Positions 28,238 to 38,812 of a stretch of DNA of 64,000 bases are shown here, one piece after another. The stretch comes from an uncultured Anaerolineales bacterium. Its GTDB lineage: Bacteria; Planctomycetota; Phycisphaerae; FEN-1346. Under the pieces are notes generated by a model. That model was not told the origin of the DNA and ran no database searches. It saw only the letters and a program-made list of their open reading frames with translations. The translations under genes and the position numbers were made by a program. Every line of letters begins with the position of its first letter. Position 1 is the stretch's first letter. The stretch spans positions 1,503 through 65,502 of the forward strand of contig CAZIJC010000003.1 of NCBI GenBank assembly GCA_964539385.1, read 5' to 3'.

Positions 28238-29344
28238 ATGGCATACGCATTGTGCTGTTATTACGGGGGTGGCGGGGCCGAGGCGTGTTTGCTCTGTGTG
28301 CCGGACTCGACGCCCGGCGCTGGCGGGGCCGCCCTGGTCGCCGACCTCAAGATTTTGGCCGACCGCATCGGTCCCTGCAAATACGACGCTACCGCAGCGC
28401 CCACCGCCGATGATGACGAGAATGACGGCTATCGGGTGGGTTCCCGGTGGTTCAACCTCACCACCCAGGACGAGTATATCTGCATCGACGCCACGGCCAC
28501 GGCGGCCGTGTGGATAGCAACAACCCTTGCGCCGGGCAGTGTGGGTACCTCGGACCTGGCCGACCTGGCCGTGACCACGGCCAAGTTGGCCGCCGGCGCC
28601 GTGACCGTCGCCAAGATTGCGCCCTTCGGCGAGGGTGAAACCTTGCTCTTTGGGTGCGGGTGTTGCGGCATCATCCATGGTTGCGATGATGCCGGTACGC
28701 CGTACCTGTCCATTGCCCACCCCACCCGGCTCTGCCTTGAGACCGGCTGCATCATTACGGCCGGCAGCATTTGCGCCGGCCCGATCGTCAGGGGTACCTG
28801 CCTCGTGGCGGCCGAGGCCGTGGTCGCCGGCACCTGCGCGCACGCCAAGTTGGTGTTTGCCTCGTGCTGCGGCATCGTGGGGTGTTCCGATTTCGCCGCG
28901 CTGCCGGCCGGGTGCCTTTGCACCACCAAGGCCGAGTTGGATTCGACCTATTACAATGCCGAGATGGCCTTTCTCAAATCTGAAGCCAACTGCATGTATC
29001 TGATGTGCGTCAGGGCCTGCGGGGGCCCCGCACAACTGCAAGTCAACTGGTCGGACGGTGTGGGTCTGGCCAATCTGGGCAAACTGATTGTCGGCGAGTG
29101 CTTACAGGGCGGGTGTCAGGTGGAATCGCCCTTGCTCACAGTTACATGCGGGAACGTCGATTGCAACCTGGTGGTGGGCGAAGCCATCACGGCCGGATTG
29201 CTCAGCGCCTGCGCTGTTGTGGGTGGCGAACAACTGCTGGTGCCTGGCAACCAATGCGAGGTGACCCGCAATATGTATTGGGATGGCACCGACCTGATGG
29301 TCTATACCGGCGCCGCCTGGGTGTGCTTCTGCCAGAAATCCTAA
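28238..29344 (+). CDS. tail fibre protein with cysteine-rich C-terminal domain
   Basis: N-terminal GYRVGSRWFNLTTQDEYICIDATA and DLADLAVTTAKLAAGAVTVAKIAP tail-fibre repeat; about 40 Cys in 368 aa (CGCCG, CC, CxC clusters). Confidence 0.55.
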   Translation: MAYALCCYYGGGGAEACLLCVPDSTPGAGGAALVADLKILADRIGPCKYDATAAPTADDDENDGYRVGSRWFNLTTQDEYICIDATATAAVWIATTLAPGSVGTSDLADLAVTTAKLAAGAVTVAKIAPFGEGETLLFGCGCCGIIHGCDDAGTPYLSIAHPTRLCLETGCIITAGSICAGPIVRGTCLVAAEAVVAGTCAHAKLVFASCCGIVGCSDFAALPAGCLCTTKAELDSTYYNAEMAFLKSEANCMYLMCVRACGGPAQLQVNWSDGVGLANLGKLIVGECLQGGCQVESPLLTVTCGNVDCNLVVGEAITAGLLSACAVVGGEQLLVPGNQCEVTRNMYWDGTDLMVYTGAAWVCFCQKS

Positions 29345-29369
29345 TCGCCGGGGGGCGAAAGGGTGTGAT

Positions 29370-30353
29370 ATGCGTACCGATTTCGATAGCGTTGCCCTGG
29401 TGGTCGAAGGGGGCATCGGCCGGTGTATCGCCGCCACGGCCGTGGTGCGGTGCCTGGCCGCCGCCCATCCCGGCAAGCGCCTGGTGGTGGTGACCGGGTG
29501 GCCGGACCCCTTTATCGGCAATCCCCACGTGGCCCGCATCTACCGCATCGGGGACCCGCAGCATTTCTTTGAGGACGAGGTGCTCGGCCGGCGCACCTGG
29601 GTGGCCCACGTGGAACCGTACCGCCATCCCGATTACGTCAACGCCGAGCGGCACCTGGTCGATTGCTGGTGTGATCTGTTGGGGGTCGAGTATGACGGCG
29701 GCACGCCTACCCTCTTTTTGACGCCGGGGGAACTCGATCAGGGCAAGGCCGCCATGGCCAAGGCCCGCCGGCCGGTGGTGCTCATGCAGGCCAGCGGCGG
29801 CCCGGTACCGGCCACCCAGGACCTGGACCGGCTCATCGAGGTACGCCGGCGGATGCACCGCCGCAACCTGCCCTTGAACATTGCCGGCCAGGTGGCCAAT
29901 GCCCTCATGGCCAAAGGCTACCACGTGGCTCTGGTACGGCATCAGAACCAACCGGCCTTGGCCGGCGTCGAGTCGGTGACCGGCCCCCTGCGCACCATCT
30001 TCGCCCTCGTGCCCTTCGCCAAGCACCTGGTGCTCATCGACTCATTTATGCAGGATGCAGCCGCGGCCCTGCAACGGCCGGCCGTGGTGTGTTGGGGGGG
30101 CACCAGTTACAAGCGCCTGGGTTGGGACCTGCACACCAACATCGAGCAAGATACGGGATGCCCCACTCCCAGGTGCCACCGCCCCAACAGTTATCTGTGG
30201 GACCGCGACGCCAACGGCAATCCGTGGGATTGTCCCTACGGCGATAAGTGCATGAATCAGTTTGACCCCAAGGGCATCCTCGCCGCCCTGGGGGAGAGCG
30301 AAACCCAGAAAGGGGAACCCGATGCCACTCAAAGTGGACCTGGCGGCCGGTGA
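29370..30353 (+). CDS. glycosyltransferase family 9 (heptosyltransferase-like)
   Basis: GT9-like C-terminal FALVPFAKHLVLIDSFMQDAAAALQRPAVVCWGGTS. Confidence 0.55.
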   Translation: MRTDFDSVALVVEGGIGRCIAATAVVRCLAAAHPGKRLVVVTGWPDPFIGNPHVARIYRIGDPQHFFEDEVLGRRTWVAHVEPYRHPDYVNAERHLVDCWCDLLGVEYDGGTPTLFLTPGELDQGKAAMAKARRPVVLMQASGGPVPATQDLDRLIEVRRRMHRRNLPLNIAGQVANALMAKGYHVALVRHQNQPALAGVESVTGPLRTIFALVPFAKHLVLIDSFMQDAAAALQRPAVVCWGGTSYKRLGWDLHTNIEQDTGCPTPRCHRPNSYLWDRDANGNPWDCPYGDKCMNQFDPKGILAALGESETQKGEPDATQSGPGGR

Positions 30354-30678
30354 AACCGCCCTGGCGACGGACCTGCCCGCGGCGCACCTGGTGGTTAAGA
30401 GCGTGACCATCAAGATGCCGGCGGCGGCAACGGAAACGGCCGCGGCCGAGGCTGAGGTGCAGGTGTACGCGAACGGGGCTGCAAGGGCAGCCGGCGGGCA
30501 GCCGGCGGAAAGCCTGCCCGTCCGGCTCGAAGTGCCGGCGGATGATTGGGCCGTCATCGAGGGCTTGGTATTTGATGCCCTCAAGGCGGCCGACCCGACC
30601 TTTATCCGCGCTGTGCCGGTGGAAGACACGGTGCCCGCACGCCCGGCCCCAGCGCCCGAGGTACCCGAAAGCCCATGA
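30322..30678 (+). CDS. hypothetical phage protein
   Basis: RBS GAAAGGGGAA, ATG 30322. Confidence 0.4.
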   Translation: MPLKVDLAAGETALATDLPAAHLVVKSVTIKMPAAATETAAAEAEVQVYANGAARAAGGQPAESLPVRLEVPADDWAVIEGLVFDALKAADPTFIRAVPVEDTVPARPAPAPEVPESP

Positions 30679-31139
30679 CCCTGCGCGACACCCACAAAGC
30701 CGACGTGGCCACGATACTGGCCGGCGAAGATTTCAGCCTGCCCGTGCGCTACCTGCCGGCGGGGGACCTGGGCGCGAGCCGGATGGTACGCGCCGCCGAG
30801 GTGACGGCCGAGGACCGCCTTGAGCAATCGGATGAGGGCCAGGACGTGGAGCGCACGCGGGTCCTGGTCATTGCCCGCGACGATGACAACTCCGGCATCG
30901 AGGCGCCCAGTGTGCAGGACGGGGACAAGTTTCAGTTTCCGGCCTCGTCCCTCGACTGGTCAACCATGACCCCCGGCGAATGGGCCGAGTTGACGGTTGA
31001 CGAATGGGCCGCCCTGGCCGCGGCCGACGAGGAATGGGTGCTCATCGGTATCGACCGCCAGGACGAATATACAAGCCGGCTCCGCCTGGTGCGCGTGGAC
31101 CGCCGCCAGGTCACACAACCGGACTACCGGAGATCGTAG
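30675..31139 (+). CDS. hypothetical phage structural protein (head-tail connector region)
   Basis: ATGA-coupled ORF, 154 aa. Confidence 0.45.
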   Translation: MTLRDTHKADVATILAGEDFSLPVRYLPAGDLGASRMVRAAEVTAEDRLEQSDEGQDVERTRVLVIARDDDNSGIEAPSVQDGDKFQFPASSLDWSTMTPGEWAELTVDEWAALAAADEEWVLIGIDRQDEYTSRLRLVRVDRRQVTQPDYRRS

Positions 31140-31142
31140 CCG

Positions 31143-31655
31143 ATGACCGAACCCGACGGCTGCCTGCACACGCCGATGACCACCTTGCGGACGATGCTGT
31201 CAACCGTGGCCGCCTGGCAGACCTGGTGCAACGTGCCCGACGCCGCGGCGGCCTTGCTCCGGATCCACCGCATGGTTGTGGAAATCACCGGCGGCGAGAC
31301 CGGCGACGATGCCGTACCCTTCCCGTTTGCCGTGGTGGGCATGGGTGACCGATGGGAGAGTGAAGCGGTGGCCCAGGGGGCCACGGCCGATATGTACGTT
31401 GAGACGGGTTCGGTGTTCCTGGCGTTTGAGGACGTGCTGGCCCAAGAGGAAACCGACCGCGACGGCCTGACGCGGTTTGTCAATAATGTATCTGCTGTGC
31501 TCGATGGCCTGCGCGCGATTTCCGGGCAGGGCGCCAACCTCAACATCGTCCGCATCATGCAGCGGGACCCGCCGGGCCTGTTTGCCGAAGCGAAACACCA
31601 GACGCGGCCGGCCCGCGGCGTGCAGGCCGCCTACCTGATTGAGTGGGGACCGTGA
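31143..31655 (+). CDS. hypothetical phage structural protein
   Basis: 170 aa, position in head-tail joining block. Confidence 0.45.
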   Translation: MTEPDGCLHTPMTTLRTMLSTVAAWQTWCNVPDAAAALLRIHRMVVEITGGETGDDAVPFPFAVVGMGDRWESEAVAQGATADMYVETGSVFLAFEDVLAQEETDRDGLTRFVNNVSAVLDGLRAISGQGANLNIVRIMQRDPPGLFAEAKHQTRPARGVQAAYLIEWGP

Positions 31656-32140
31656 TGCCGGTTGTGATCCGAACGCGCATCGACTACGTGGCGCCCGCCG
31701 GCATCACCGCCCGCCGCCTGCCGCGGCACGTCAAGCAAAGCCTGCAAGCGGCCGGCATCCTCTGGCATGACAAGATGCTGCCGCGTCACTTTCAGAGTTA
31801 CGCCTCGGCCAAATACGGCTACAAGCACCGGGCCGCGTGGTACAGGGAGCAAAAGCAAGCCGGCATGGGTCCGGCCGCCACCGACCGGCCCCTGGTGTGG
31901 TCGGGGGACACCGAACGGCAGGCCACCAGCAGCGCCCGCATCGGCGGCACGAGCAAGCGCCTGCGGGTGACCATGGACGTGCCGTTTTATTTCGGCATTC
32001 AGTCGGCCAGCCGGCCGGACCTGGTGGCCGAGTTGATTGCCTGGACCGCGGCCGAGGGCCTGCACCTGGCACGGTTTGTTTCAGCCGACCTGGCGGCGCG
32101 CCTTGCGGCCGAGAGCACCCGCACAAGTGTGACCGTTTAG
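31655..32140 (+). CDS. hypothetical phage structural protein
   Basis: GTGATG overlap with previous gene. Confidence 0.45.
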   Translation: MPVVIRTRIDYVAPAGITARRLPRHVKQSLQAAGILWHDKMLPRHFQSYASAKYGYKHRAAWYREQKQAGMGPAATDRPLVWSGDTERQATSSARIGGTSKRLRVTMDVPFYFGIQSASRPDLVAELIAWTAAEGLHLARFVSADLAARLAAESTRTSVTV

Positions 32141-32156
32141 CCGAAAGGGCGAATCC

Positions 32157-33071
32157 ATGAATCTCTACACCCTCTATCTCTTGCAGCACAGCACCGATGA
32201 CCTGGGCGGTGTGACCGACTTCGGCCTGCCCCCCGGCATCCGCGAAATCATGCTCGGCGCCGACGGGCAGGTGGACCCGACCTTTGCCGCCGTCATCGAC
32301 CAGGCGCCTACCCTGCGGTGGACCTCGCGGGCCATTCAGGCGCATCTCGACCTGATTGGGCAGGACGGCCTGGCCGTCAGCGCCACCCCGCTGACCGCGT
32401 GGCTGCGCCGCAACACCGCGCAGGGGGTCCGGGCCACCGGCTCGGTGCACACCAAAATGGAAATCAACCTCGGCCTGGCCGTGCCCCGGCAAATCCGGGC
32501 GGCCCACAACGACCCCAACGGGGCGACCATCGACTATGAGTGTATCATTCTGCATGACGGCACGAATGACCCGGTGGTCATCACCGAAGCCCAGGCACTG
32601 CCGGCCTCGGATGACGAAGGCGTGCAGCAGGTGTTCACGTGCGGCCAGGTGTCGCTCAACGGCACCGAGGTCAACGGCGTGCAGGAAATCATCGTGGACT
32701 TTGGCATACAGGTGAGCACCCAGGGCGAAAAGGGCCTGGTGTGGCCGACCTACGCCGGCATCATCAGCCGGCAGCCGCGCATCACCATCCGGGTGCTCGA
32801 CCCCGACGTGTGGGCCGACCTCGGCATCAGCGGCCAGGTGCAGGCCGCGACCGACAGCGAAATCTATCTCCGCAAGGTCTCCGCCGGCGGCACGCGCGTG
32901 ATCGAGGCCACCTCCGAGCATATCAAACTGTCGATGAATGCGGGCCGGCACTTTGTCGATGACGTGTCGGGCCGGCACGCGGATTGGGTGACCGGCAGCC
33001 TGGTGCTTACGCCCCTTGAGGAAGCCACCACGGCGCCCCTGGTCATTGACACCGCCTGCGCGATTACATAG
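32157..33071 (+). CDS. putative major tail protein
   Basis: 304 aa, RBS AAAGGG, located before tape-measure-like gene; no sheath gene found. Confidence 0.4.
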   Translation: MNLYTLYLLQHSTDDLGGVTDFGLPPGIREIMLGADGQVDPTFAAVIDQAPTLRWTSRAIQAHLDLIGQDGLAVSATPLTAWLRRNTAQGVRATGSVHTKMEINLGLAVPRQIRAAHNDPNGATIDYECIILHDGTNDPVVITEAQALPASDDEGVQQVFTCGQVSLNGTEVNGVQEIIVDFGIQVSTQGEKGLVWPTYAGIISRQPRITIRVLDPDVWADLGISGQVQAATDSEIYLRKVSAGGTRVIEATSEHIKLSMNAGRHFVDDVSGRHADWVTGSLVLTPLEEATTAPLVIDTACAIT

Positions 33072-33100
33072 CCGGGGGGCCACCGAAAAGAGGGAATCCC

Positions 33101-33835
33101 ATGAGCGCCTTTCTGTATTGGGTACCGGGTGAATCGACCGGCGGCCCCAAGATGGTCGAGGCCGCCGGCCTCTCCCACGTCTTTGACAGGAGCGCCGGCG
33201 TGGCCGTATGCAGCAAAGGGCCGGACGGGGTCGGCGGGGCCATTCTGGCGCGCGGCAACCTGGGCGGCAAACACGGTTACTATCCGGACGTCCAAGAATG
33301 GCAAAAGGTGGCCGGCCAGTGGCTTGGGTGGCCCAAGGATAATCCGCCCGGCCCCGATGACCTGGTGCGCGATACCCTGGTCGATGGGTGGGACACGGAA
33401 CTGGCCGACGGCAATGCGTGGGTGGTGCCCGTGGTCCGGGTCTTTCCCAAGGGTACGCGCCTGCCGCAGACCATGGTGCTCGGCCCCGCCGGCCAATGGG
33501 TTGGCCAGGTGCGCGAGGAGTTTGTTGACTTGTGCCAGGCGGTGGGCGTGGCGTGGGATTTCTTTTTCGCGGCCCCCCACGTCGCCGACCCGGCGGCCGG
33601 ATTCGAGGGCAGGGTCATCACCCTGCCCGACGCGGCCGACCTGGCGGTCCGGGGATTGACCCTCAACTACCGCGTCGGCCGGCGCGAGGTGTCGGCCCTG
33701 CGCCTGTTAGATGACAAGATGGTCGGGCGGGTCATCGGCGCCATGTTCGACCTGCCGGCCGTGATCCGCGCGGCCGAGGCCGTGGCCGCCGCCCAGGCCG
33801 ATGGAAAAAAAGGGGGTGCCCCGACTACCGCATGA
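33101..33835 (+). CDS. hypothetical tail-assembly region protein
   Basis: 244 aa, RBS AAAGAGGGAA. Confidence 0.4.
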   Translation: MSAFLYWVPGESTGGPKMVEAAGLSHVFDRSAGVAVCSKGPDGVGGAILARGNLGGKHGYYPDVQEWQKVAGQWLGWPKDNPPGPDDLVRDTLVDGWDTELADGNAWVVPVVRVFPKGTRLPQTMVLGPAGQWVGQVREEFVDLCQAVGVAWDFFFAAPHVADPAAGFEGRVITLPDAADLAVRGLTLNYRVGRREVSALRLLDDKMVGRVIGAMFDLPAVIRAAEAVAAAQADGKKGGAPTTA

Positions 33836-33924
33836 TGGTTCACACCATGTGGCGGTCGGGGCTGCTGCCCGACTACGTACCAACCTTTGCCGATGTTTAT
33901 TGGCTTGCGTTGTAGGGGCCTGTC

Positions 33925-35412
33925 ATGGCCAAGGTGATTTTTGAGATGGACGCGAAGGCCGAGCGTGTGGTGCGCGCGTACATGGCCGTCCATGAGGCGC
34001 AGAAAAAGACCGAGACCGGCGCCCGCCGCCTCGGCCAGACCACCAAAGAGACCGGCAGGCAATCACGCGAAGCAACCCGCGGCATGGGCAGCGACCTTGG
34101 GGGCCTGGCCCTGCGCTACGTGTCTTTGAGCGCCATCGCCACGACCGGCATCATGGCCATTCGGAAAGCCTGGCAGGATGTTGAACAGGCGGCGCGTGAG
34201 GCCCTTGAGGCCCAGGTACCGGCCGGGCAAGCCTGGTCGCGGTTCCTCTTGAACATGCCGGCCGGGTGGGACGCCCAGGGCATGGAGCAATGGGCCGAAC
34301 GGATGCAGGCCACCACCGGCATGACCAAGGCCCGCCTGGCCGACCTGATGCAAGGTGTTAGCGCCAAGGGCGCCCTTGCCCAGCGCCCCACCCTGGCCGC
34401 CGCCGAGGTGGCCGCCACCATCGAACGCCTGGCCGGCGAGGGCTACCTGTCACCGGAAGCCCTCTCCGGCTTCTTTGCCGTTGCCAACCTGGCCGGGGCC
34501 AAGACCAAAGAGGACGTGATGAACACCGTGGGGTGGTCCCTGGCCTTGCAGCGCCGGGCCAAGGTCATCGAGCCGACCGCCATGCTGGCCACGATGCCGC
34601 GGGCCGTGACCGCCATGCAGCAAGCCGGCTTTGCCCCGGAAGAAGGCGGCCGCCTTTGGGCCACCATCACCCAGGTGGTCGAGGATTACGAGGGCCGGCG
34701 AAGCGCCATGGCGGTGGCCGAGTTTGCCAAGACCATCCGCACCAAGGCGATCCTGCCCGAGCGCCGCGGCCGGTGGGGCATGATACCGGAGACGATGACC
34801 GACGTTGCGGACGTGCTCGATTTGATGGGAGAGCGCTACCAGGCGGCCGCCCCGACCGTCCGGGGCCAGATGTTGCGGCGCGTCGGCGGCGGCGCCCGGT
34901 TGCAGCAATTCCTGATGGGATGGTGGCAGGGACCGGAAGGCCGGGCGCAGGCCGAGTGGCAGGCCACCGGCGGGTTGCCGGCGCCGCTTGCGCCCGAGGC
35001 CGGCCGTTTCTTCACCGATTGGTTGGGCCGGGCCAAGGCCGGCCGCGAGGCCCCGCTGGTCGAAGCGCAGGCATTCGCCACGGGCGCCGTGGACCTGGCC
35101 AGGCGCGCCAACGTACCGGCCGCCCAATATGCCCTGGTCACCAAGACCCTTGAGGAAATGGACCGGGCGGCCGGCGTCAACTGGATCGACCGCACGGGCC
35201 GGGCCTTGACCCGCGCGGTGGACTATCATATCTTCGGAGTGGAACCGCAAGATATTGCGATGCGCGAAGCCGGCGGCCGCCTGCGCCGAGGATGGACTCC
35301 GGGAGCGGAATCGTCTTGGGCCGCGCTGATTAAAGCCCTGCAAGACAACACCGAGGTCGTGCGCGAGACTCTGGCCGGCGTGCCGGCCAGACCGATAACC
35401 GAGAGCGACTAA
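33925..35412 (+). CDS. tape measure-like protein
   Basis: 495 aa, mostly helical, Ala/Gly/Trp-rich repeats. Confidence 0.45.
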   Translation: MAKVIFEMDAKAERVVRAYMAVHEAQKKTETGARRLGQTTKETGRQSREATRGMGSDLGGLALRYVSLSAIATTGIMAIRKAWQDVEQAAREALEAQVPAGQAWSRFLLNMPAGWDAQGMEQWAERMQATTGMTKARLADLMQGVSAKGALAQRPTLAAAEVAATIERLAGEGYLSPEALSGFFAVANLAGAKTKEDVMNTVGWSLALQRRAKVIEPTAMLATMPRAVTAMQQAGFAPEEGGRLWATITQVVEDYEGRRSAMAVAEFAKTIRTKAILPERRGRWGMIPETMTDVADVLDLMGERYQAAAPTVRGQMLRRVGGGARLQQFLMGWWQGPEGRAQAEWQATGGLPAPLAPEAGRFFTDWLGRAKAGREAPLVEAQAFATGAVDLARRANVPAAQYALVTKTLEEMDRAAGVNWIDRTGRALTRAVDYHIFGVEPQDIAMREAGGRLRRGWTPGAESSWAALIKALQDNTEVVRETLAGVPARPITESD

Positions 35413-35416
35413 GACC

Positions 35417-35809
35417 ATGGCAATCAACATAGGTGGCACCAATCTTATTAGCCTGCGCATGACGCCCGACCGGCCGGGCACTCAGGTCGAGACCATCGTG
35501 CGGCCGGGCGTGGACGGCGTGGCCTTCCGCGACCTGGGCAGCCGCGGCGAACCTTTCGACGCGCTGGCCGTTGTCGATTGTGACGACGCCGCGGCGGCCA
35601 CGGCCGTTACCGAAACCCTCAAGGCCCTGCAAGGCCACCTCGTGGATGCCGAAGATGACCACGGCGAGACGTATACCGATTTGATGCTCTTGCAGGTGCG
35701 CATCCTGGCCCGGAAGGCCATCAAGAGCGCCGCCGGCGGGGTGAGCGAAACCAAAGGGGTGCTGATGCGCGTGGGCTTCCGGCTGCAATGGTCCGCGGCC
35801 GAGTCGTAG
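35417..35809 (+). CDS. hypothetical tail protein
   Basis: 130 aa downstream of tape measure. Confidence 0.4.
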   Translation: MAINIGGTNLISLRMTPDRPGTQVETIVRPGVDGVAFRDLGSRGEPFDALAVVDCDDAAAATAVTETLKALQGHLVDAEDDHGETYTDLMLLQVRILARKAIKSAAGGVSETKGVLMRVGFRLQWSAAES

Positions 35810-35820
35810 GGGGCAGACAA

Positions 35821-36348
35821 GTGACGGTTTCCGACCTGGCCGCTCAACGCCTGGCCCCCAACACGTGGCGCCTGTCCTGGTCGAGCGACCTGGGCGCCCC
35901 CCTCTTTTACGTCTACCGCGACGGCATCCTCGTGGTGGGACCGATCACCCCGACTTACCTGGTGGTGCGCGTCCCGGACGGCGAAAGCCCGGTCTTTGAC
36001 GTGATAGACCAGGACGGCGTTGCCCCCGACGCCGCCTATCCGGGCCGGGTTACGGTTGCCTGGTGGGGTGTGGACGGGGCCGATCATTACGTGGTGCGCG
36101 AATACGTCGGCGCCGCGTGGGTGGACCGCAAGACGTTCTGGCCGACGCAGGCCGACTATTACAAATGGCTTTCCGCCCGCCTGGCCGACTCGACGCTGCA
36201 CACGTTTCGGGTGGTGGCGGTAGGAGCGGATGGAAACGAAAGCACGGCGGCCGAGCGCGAGGTGTATATGGTGCGCCACCCCGACGAGCCTGCCGTTACA
36301 TTCACCTATGACGATCAGACTGGCAATGTCACCGTAGCCGAGGCGTGA
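35821..36348 (+). CDS. hypothetical tail protein (beta-sandwich/FN3-like)
   Basis: GTG start after AGGGGG RBS. Confidence 0.4.
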   Translation: MTVSDLAAQRLAPNTWRLSWSSDLGAPLFYVYRDGILVVGPITPTYLVVRVPDGESPVFDVIDQDGVAPDAAYPGRVTVAWWGVDGADHYVVREYVGAAWVDRKTFWPTQADYYKWLSARLADSTLHTFRVVAVGADGNESTAAEREVYMVRHPDEPAVTFTYDDQTGNVTVAEA

Positions 36349-36352
36349 TCCG

Positions 36353-38812
36353 ATGGCCGACCAGAACACCGGCGCCGATGCCCTGGGGCAGTACCTCACC
36401 GGCGCGGGGTCCGACGGCGCAAGCCAACCTGATCCCGATGCAAGTTTGGGGAACTACCGGGCGGCCGAGCGGCTTGACCCCCTGGGGGTGCTGATGGCCC
36501 AGGGACCGCCCGGCCTGCGCATCGAGCGTGTGAGCGGCTACAACGGTGTGGGCGCCGCAAGCCTGGTGGCCGCCGGCGCCGACGCGGTGGCCTGGCGGCC
36601 GCCGGATGACACCGAGGGTGAGGCCATTGCGATCGCCGACGGCGAAACCCGCCAGGTGGCCGGTGCCGACGAACCCTACTGGGCCAACATGAGCGTGGCC
36701 AGGTGGGCCGAGTTGACGGTTGCCGAATGGGCCGCCATGGGCATCGGCGGCAGCGGCCTCGACGGGTTTGCCATCGTGACCCGGCGCAGCACCGAACCCC
36801 TGGCCGGCGAGTTTGTGGCCCACCTCGACCGGGTGGTCGGCAACGTGGTGGGCGGCAGCCGGCAGACCGCCAGCGGCGAAGCGTACCGATGCGTTTGCCT
36901 CAAGAACACCACCGGCGACGGCAAGACCCTCGGCTTGTGGCACCTGGCCGACACCGCGGCGGATGGCCTGGCCGACGTGGCCACCACCACCCGTGACTTT
37001 ACCAATCATGGCGCCGAGCACGTGCCCGGCCAGGGGTACCGCTTCGTCAAGGCTGAGAACGATTACATGCAGGCTACGGTCGGCGCTCTCGACGCAATTG
37101 CGGCGGTGACAATGGAGTGTTGGGTCCGCGATTGGCAGACCCCGATTGATTCCTATGGGCAGATAGCCCGTTTCTGGACGGACAGCAGCAACCGCCTTAT
37201 GCTGGATGCCAAAATCACTACCGACCCTGCCTCGTCCTACATCTGCGCGTCCCTGAAAATCGGAGGAGACTGGTCGCCCACTGCCTCTTGGACGGGCGTC
37301 GATGCCAACGCACTGCTCGTCGGAAGCGATCCCTGGCATGTCGCCGTCGTGCTCGATGCCCCGAACACCCTTCGCCTCTTTGTGAATGGTATTCTCCGCG
37401 CCGAGGTCGTGCCGCTTGGCAATGAACTACCTATCGGCACGTATTATCTCATACTTGGCTACGGCTCGACTGCGGCCGCTCTCTCGGCCATCGTGGACGA
37501 ACCCCGACTGTCAAGCGCCGCGCGTTACTCCGCCACGTTCACCCCGGACACCCTCTTGCCCGAGCGCGCCATGACCGGCGTGACCGCGTGGCTCGCGCCC
37601 GACCGCACGCCCAAGACCGTGGCCGGCAACTACGGCACCGCGGGCGCCACCATCACGGTGGACGGGGACCTTGACGACTGGCCGCCCACCGGGTGGATGG
37701 TCAACAAGACCACCGACGAGGTTCTGTGGTACATCGTGCGTACCAGCACCCAATTGACCGTAGACCCGGACGGCCGCGACGTGTGGGACGAAACCGGCGG
37801 CGGCGCCGGCGTCGGCATGGCCGGCTCGGCCGGCGACGTGCTGGCCCTGGTGGGGCCGGCGCGCATCGGCAAAGAGACTCCGAGCGCACAGCCGGACGGA
37901 TACTTTACCACCGTGAGCCCGGAAACCTCGGCCCCCGGCGGCGTGACCTTCGAGCACCCGTGGGGGAGCCTGGACCCGACCGCCCTTGACCTGGGGACCG
38001 TGGCGGCCGGCGAAATCGTTGGCCTCTGGATCGAGCGCATGGCCCTGGCCAAAACCGGCGGCGGCCGGCACGCCGAACCCCGGCGCCATACGGCCGTGGC
38101 CGTCCAGTGGACGGAATACCTGGTGCACACCCACAACGCGGCCCTGCCCGGCCTCGGGCGCGTCGGAGATACCAGCGTGCTCCGTTACGGTTTGTGGCAT
38201 GGTGTGGACGCCGAGCCGGACTTGACCGCCGATCCCGACGAAACGTCCGACACGTTGCCTTTTGTCTATACCGCCATGACCCCGGATGCCGTCAACTACC
38301 TGGTCGTGCGGCAGCGGAATGATTGGGGCCTCTGGTCTCAGAATACCATGGCCTGGCAAATCGAACTCGACGCCCAGGGGCCGCCGGGCGTGGTGGCGGT
38401 CAAACCGTCGGCGCCCAAGCCCTACGCCGTCGAGCCGGCGGCCGGCGGGGATTTCCGGGTGGTGGCCGATTACTTTTACCTGCTCGACGGCCAGTGGGCC
38501 GCGGGCACGTGGGTGATCTGGTATCAGCACGGCGCCTCGCCGCCCGACCCGGACCCCGACGTGGATACCCCCGACGCCACGGTCACCATGGCCAAGAGCG
38601 ACGGCGTTGCCTGTCTGGACTGGACCGCCGGGCTCACCCTCACCGACGGGCATACCGTCAAGGTGGTGGTGCGTACCCGGCGCGTCGATGCCGGCCCCGT
38701 CAACGTGGACAGCGCCAACACCGGCGTGGTGCAGGCCACCATCAACACCGACGGCCCCCCCACCCCGCCGGCCCAGGCCCATTACGGCGTGGTCGCCAAA
38801 GAGGTCGAGTGA
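36353..38812 (+). CDS. tail/baseplate protein with concanavalin A-like (LamG) domain
   Basis: 819 aa; central region with LamG-like pattern (DAIAAVTMECWVR...LILGYGS). Confidence 0.5.
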   Translation: MADQNTGADALGQYLTGAGSDGASQPDPDASLGNYRAAERLDPLGVLMAQGPPGLRIERVSGYNGVGAASLVAAGADAVAWRPPDDTEGEAIAIADGETRQVAGADEPYWANMSVARWAELTVAEWAAMGIGGSGLDGFAIVTRRSTEPLAGEFVAHLDRVVGNVVGGSRQTASGEAYRCVCLKNTTGDGKTLGLWHLADTAADGLADVATTTRDFTNHGAEHVPGQGYRFVKAENDYMQATVGALDAIAAVTMECWVRDWQTPIDSYGQIARFWTDSSNRLMLDAKITTDPASSYICASLKIGGDWSPTASWTGVDANALLVGSDPWHVAVVLDAPNTLRLFVNGILRAEVVPLGNELPIGTYYLILGYGSTAAALSAIVDEPRLSSAARYSATFTPDTLLPERAMTGVTAWLAPDRTPKTVAGNYGTAGATITVDGDLDDWPPTGWMVNKTTDEVLWYIVRTSTQLTVDPDGRDVWDETGGGAGVGMAGSAGDVLALVGPARIGKETPSAQPDGYFTTVSPETSAPGGVTFEHPWGSLDPTALDLGTVAAGEIVGLWIERMALAKTGGGRHAEPRRHTAVAVQWTEYLVHTHNAALPGLGRVGDTSVLRYGLWHGVDAEPDLTADPDETSDTLPFVYTAMTPDAVNYLVVRQRNDWGLWSQNTMAWQIELDAQGPPGVVAVKPSAPKPYAVEPAAGGDFRVVADYFYLLDGQWAAGTWVIWYQHGASPPDPDPDVDTPDATVTMAKSDGVACLDWTAGLTLTDGHTVKVVVRTRRVDAGPVNVDSANTGVVQATINTDGPPTPPAQAHYGVVAKEVE

